From positions 1 to 17,682 of the forward strand of contig JBHLRQ010000069.1 of the NCBI GenBank assembly GCA_048882385.1: DNA of 17,682 nt, read 5' to 3'. Position 1 is the stretch's first letter. Each line of letters begins with the position of its first letter. Below, piece after piece: positions 15,012 to 17,682 of this stretch. The notes beneath the pieces were generated by a model. The model was not told the DNA's origin. It made no database searches and saw nothing but the letters and a program-made list of their open reading frames with translations. Source of the DNA: Candidatus Thorarchaeota archaeon. Its GTDB lineage: Archaea; Asgardarchaeota; Thorarchaeia; Thorarchaeales; Thorarchaeaceae. The position numbers and the translations under genes are program-made.

Positions 15012-16966
15012 TGAATCAAGCCCTCCTGCATTTTTACAAACTGATCAATTGCATGTTTCAGTTCTTCGACATCCCGATAGGGCCATACATCAGAAACAAT
15101 GTCATCCCCAAAGATTTTCAGATGTTTGATGAATCGATTATCCAGAAGAACAACGACACCTGTGTCTGTAGGTGATCTTCTAAGACGTCCAATCAGTTGT
15201 GCGACCTGCCGGATAGAAGGAATAACTGAACCATAATAATATCCTAACCCCTCTCCAAATCGTGAATCATACCATCGCTGGAGAGCAACTTGGTAACTAG
15301 TTGGAGGACTAAATGGAATCCCAACGCCAACTATCAGGTCAATCATACTAGAACCCGCATCTACGAGATCTATTCCCTCGGAGAATTTTCCACCGTATAC
15401 ACAGAAGACTGCCTGAGGTCTCTCAGATAACGCATCAGTCAGAGTTTCAATACGCTCACTACGGGTTTCAATCAAAATCTCTCGGAATCCTGTGTCGATT
15501 GAATATGACATGACCTCATGGAGCATCTTGTAGCTTGGGAACGCAATGAGTGCGCTCTTGTTAGCAGGCATTGTTGTCAAAGTTGCTGTTATTCTGTCTA
15601 CTAAATTTCTCCAAAGTTCTGACCCTCTTGATTGGTACCGTGTATTGAGAGTCTTATCAACGAGAACAAGTCTGGTTCCTCTCGGATATGGACTCATGAG
15701 GTCCTCAGCCTTTGCACTAGATACTCCGAGAAGCCTTGCATAATACTCGAGAGGTCTTAACGTACCAGACATGAGAACTGCTGCCCGTGCACCACGTAGT
15801 ATGGGCGCTGTTAGCCCAGAAGAGTTCAATGGTTGAATTGATAATTGAGATTTTATAGATGGAATATCCTCTTTCCAAGATTTAGAATTTTGAATTGTGA
15901 CATGCCAACCCTCACTCTTGGCAGCTCTAAGAGACGTGTACAAAAACTCGATAAGTCTGTCCAGTGGAGTTTCTATGAGATTGGCATTCTCTGGATCATT
16001 CATGCCAGGACGACCAGACGCATGCAACAGGTCTAAATCATCCTCTTTAATGAAACGTGGAGAGATGTCCCACTTGTCTAATACTCTCTCACTACGATTG
16101 TGCATTCGGTCAAGATTGACCATCATGGTTTCCCAAAGAAAATCGATGACTTCCTTAATCCATTTCAAACCTGTTTCTCTTGTTACCAACTGATGGTTTT
16201 CCTTTAACCATCGCAAATCTTCGTTGCTCAAATGAGCGGTTTCTGCATCAAGAACATGTGCTGACAGATTGTGTGCCTCATCAACGAGGAGATCCACATC
16301 ATGGAGCAGCAGTCCGAGCGATGATAGCAGTGCTGCTCGAATCCGAGACCTGAATAGGTAACTGTAGGGGCCTATGATTACACGACTACTCCTGGCGCAC
16401 CATCTCATCGTTTCGTATGGGCATACTCCCTCGTCACTTGCCTGTTCTTCTATGCGTTCCCGAGTTACTACACCAGTGTTAAGAAGGTCATCAATCGATT
16501 CTCTCATAGTGTCGCGAATTACAGTCCTTCCATCAGGCTGCTTTTTGTAGAACCCCCAATAGTGGTTGCATGATCCTGTCTTGATCATTTTAGCACAAGC
16601 CCGCATGAATCCGGTGCTACTCAAAGACTCCATCTGATGCCTGATGGGACATACATGCACTCGTGAAACCATTGTTGTCGCTCTTAGATTGGGAATTACA
16701 GAACGAAGAACCTCGAGCTCACTCTCGAAAACCCTTGACTGAGAGTGTGTCCTTGTAAGGGCAAACAATCTTGAGGTTTCATCGTGGCTGCGGACAGCAA
16801 AATATCCTGAGAGGACAGCAATAGTCTTGCCTACTCCACAATCTGCGGAAAGTAATCCGACAGTCTTTGAAGAATACACCTCAGCTGCTAGACCGACCGC
16901 TTTGTCCTGATGTGGTCTTGGAGAGTATGGAAACATTGCCATTGGGTCGATCGTCGCAGTACTCAA
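15008..16966 (-). CDS. XPD/Rad3 (DinG-like) Fe-S cluster DNA helicase
   Basis: Q-motif FPYSPRPHQ, Walker A ADCGVGKT, TRTHSQ, four Cys (HVCP, RACA, GSCN, VCPYE), VDEAHNL, LMSGTL, FSEGIDL, GVGIPF, QLIGRLRR, VVLLDNRF. Confidence 0.93.
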   Translation of the reverse strand: MSTATIDPMAMFPYSPRPHQDKAVGLAAEVYSSKTVGLLSADCGVGKTIAVLSGYFAVRSHDETSRLFALTRTHSQSRVFESELEVLRSVIPNLRATTMVSRVHVCPIRHQMESLSSTGFMRACAKMIKTGSCNHYWGFYKKQPDGRTVIRDTMRESIDDLLNTGVVTRERIEEQASDEGVCPYETMRWCARSSRVIIGPYSYLFRSRIRAALLSSLGLLLHDVDLLVDEAHNLSAHVLDAETAHLSNEDLRWLKENHQLVTRETGLKWIKEVIDFLWETMMVNLDRMHNRSERVLDKWDISPRFIKEDDLDLLHASGRPGMNDPENANLIETPLDRLIEFLYTSLRAAKSEGWHVTIQNSKSWKEDIPSIKSQLSIQPLNSSGLTAPILRGARAAVLMSGTLRPLEYYARLLGVSSAKAEDLMSPYPRGTRLVLVDKTLNTRYQSRGSELWRNLVDRITATLTTMPANKSALIAFPSYKMLHEVMSYSIDTGFREILIETRSERIETLTDALSERPQAVFCVYGGKFSEGIDLVDAGSSMIDLIVGVGIPFSPPTSYQVALQRWYDSRFGEGLGYYYGSVIPSIRQVAQLIGRLRRSPTDTGVVVLLDNRFIKHLKIFGDDIVSDVWPYRDVEELKHAIDQFVKMQEGLIH

Positions 16967-17589
16967 TCATAATCCTCCTCCACTCTCAGTCTAGCCTCAG
17001 CTGTGTATATTCTGAATTTCAGCGAGAAGTAGCCATTGAGAATCCTTTGGAATCTCATCTGGTGCTCCCGTGAGCTGTATCCTCTCTCCTCTCGAGCCAT
17101 ACGCTCAACAATCTCTGGACTGAATCCCTTCTGTCTCGCCGCTTTCCAAAACCATCGTTCAACCTCTTTCATTGTCGACAGGAGATGTGTCAATGACTCT
17201 TCTATGATGGTCATTAATTCCTGAACAGCAGTCTTGGGGTCTTCTGGTAACTTGGAAACATTGACACTTGTTGGTAAATATACAGCCACTCCCGTTGTGC
17301 TGTTCAGATTTACCTCCCTGGGAACTCCTTTTGTTCCCCTGAGGGTTTCCAGCAATGAAAGTAATCGAGGAAGTTGTGGCAGTACAGGCTTTTCTAGGTC
17401 TGGATTTCTCCAATCAACCCTAGTTACAACATAGAGTTCAGGATCTGGACCTCTTGCACGTTCTAGAACTGTGATTCGATGTGCAGTTTCTCTCAGTAGC
17501 AAATTGACTAGATTGATCATCGAGCTTCGTGGTACATTTGGCGGAGTTGTCACAACCCAGGTGTGTTCTTGGTCATCTGTACTAGACAT
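16963..17589 (-). CDS. Hypothetical protein (208 aa)
   Basis: ATG with GGAGG at 17603-17599. Its TGA stop overlaps the TTG start of the helicase gene. No motif recognised. Confidence 0.8.
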   Translation of the reverse strand: MSSTDDQEHTWVVTTPPNVPRSSMINLVNLLLRETAHRITVLERARGPDPELYVVTRVDWRNPDLEKPVLPQLPRLLSLLETLRGTKGVPREVNLNSTTGVAVYLPTSVNVSKLPEDPKTAVQELMTIIEESLTHLLSTMKEVERWFWKAARQKGFSPEIVERMAREERGYSSREHQMRFQRILNGYFSLKFRIYTAEARLRVEEDYD

Positions 17590-17682
17590 CTGACAAAGCC
17601 TCCTGTGTCAAGGATATTGATATTCCATCGTTCAGGATCATACCTTCAGATTCAAGAGTGTCCAAGAACTTCATAGCACGAC
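17582..17682 (-). CDS. 3' end of an upstream gene with a winged-helix-like C-terminus (partial)
   Basis: The frame reads RAMKFLDTLESEGMILNDGISISLTQEALSDV* and stops at TAG 17584-17582, overlapping the next ATG by 8 nt (ATGTCTAG). Confidence 0.65.
   Translation of the reverse strand, partial: RAMKFLDTLESEGMILNDGISISLTQEALSDV

Noticed and set aside
4650-17682. Integrated mobile element, CRISPR locus or known defence island
   Set aside because: No integrase, transposase, relaxase, capsid or cas gene, repeat-spacer array or att-like repeat is visible. No NurA, Mre11, Rad50 or SIR2 partner for the HerA-like gene appears in the window. Genes beyond the right edge cannot be assessed.

Overview
Archaeal DNA, probably Asgard (Thorarchaeia-like). 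This is inferred from gene content, GGAGG ribosome-binding sites and TATA-like boxes, and is not proven. About 13 kb (4650 to beyond 17682) is one tightly coupled minus-strand operon of at least 12 genes. In order of transcription: a partial gene with a winged-helix-like end, a 208-aa unknown, an XPD/Rad3-family Fe-S helicase, a membrane protein, a 101-aa unknown, a membrane-anchored HerA/VirB4-like ATPase with a dead Walker A, a Hel308/Ski2-like helicase with a SWIM zinc finger inserted in its winged helix, a membrane protein with an acidic tail, a RadB-like ATPase, a 4-TM membrane protein, a second RecA-fold paralog without Walker A, and a FEN1/XPG-family nuclease with a PIP box. Membrane proteins alternate with DNA-processing and recombination enzymes, which suggests an undescribed membrane-tethered DNA transfer/uptake and recombination or repair system. 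The left 4.6 kb holds a partial secreted prenyltransferase-repeat protein, a strongly structured ~110-nt intergenic element, a zincin-like membrane protein lacking HExxH, a HEAT-like protein and a large tandem Lrp/AsnC-type regulator. All family calls come from reading motifs by eye, without database searches.
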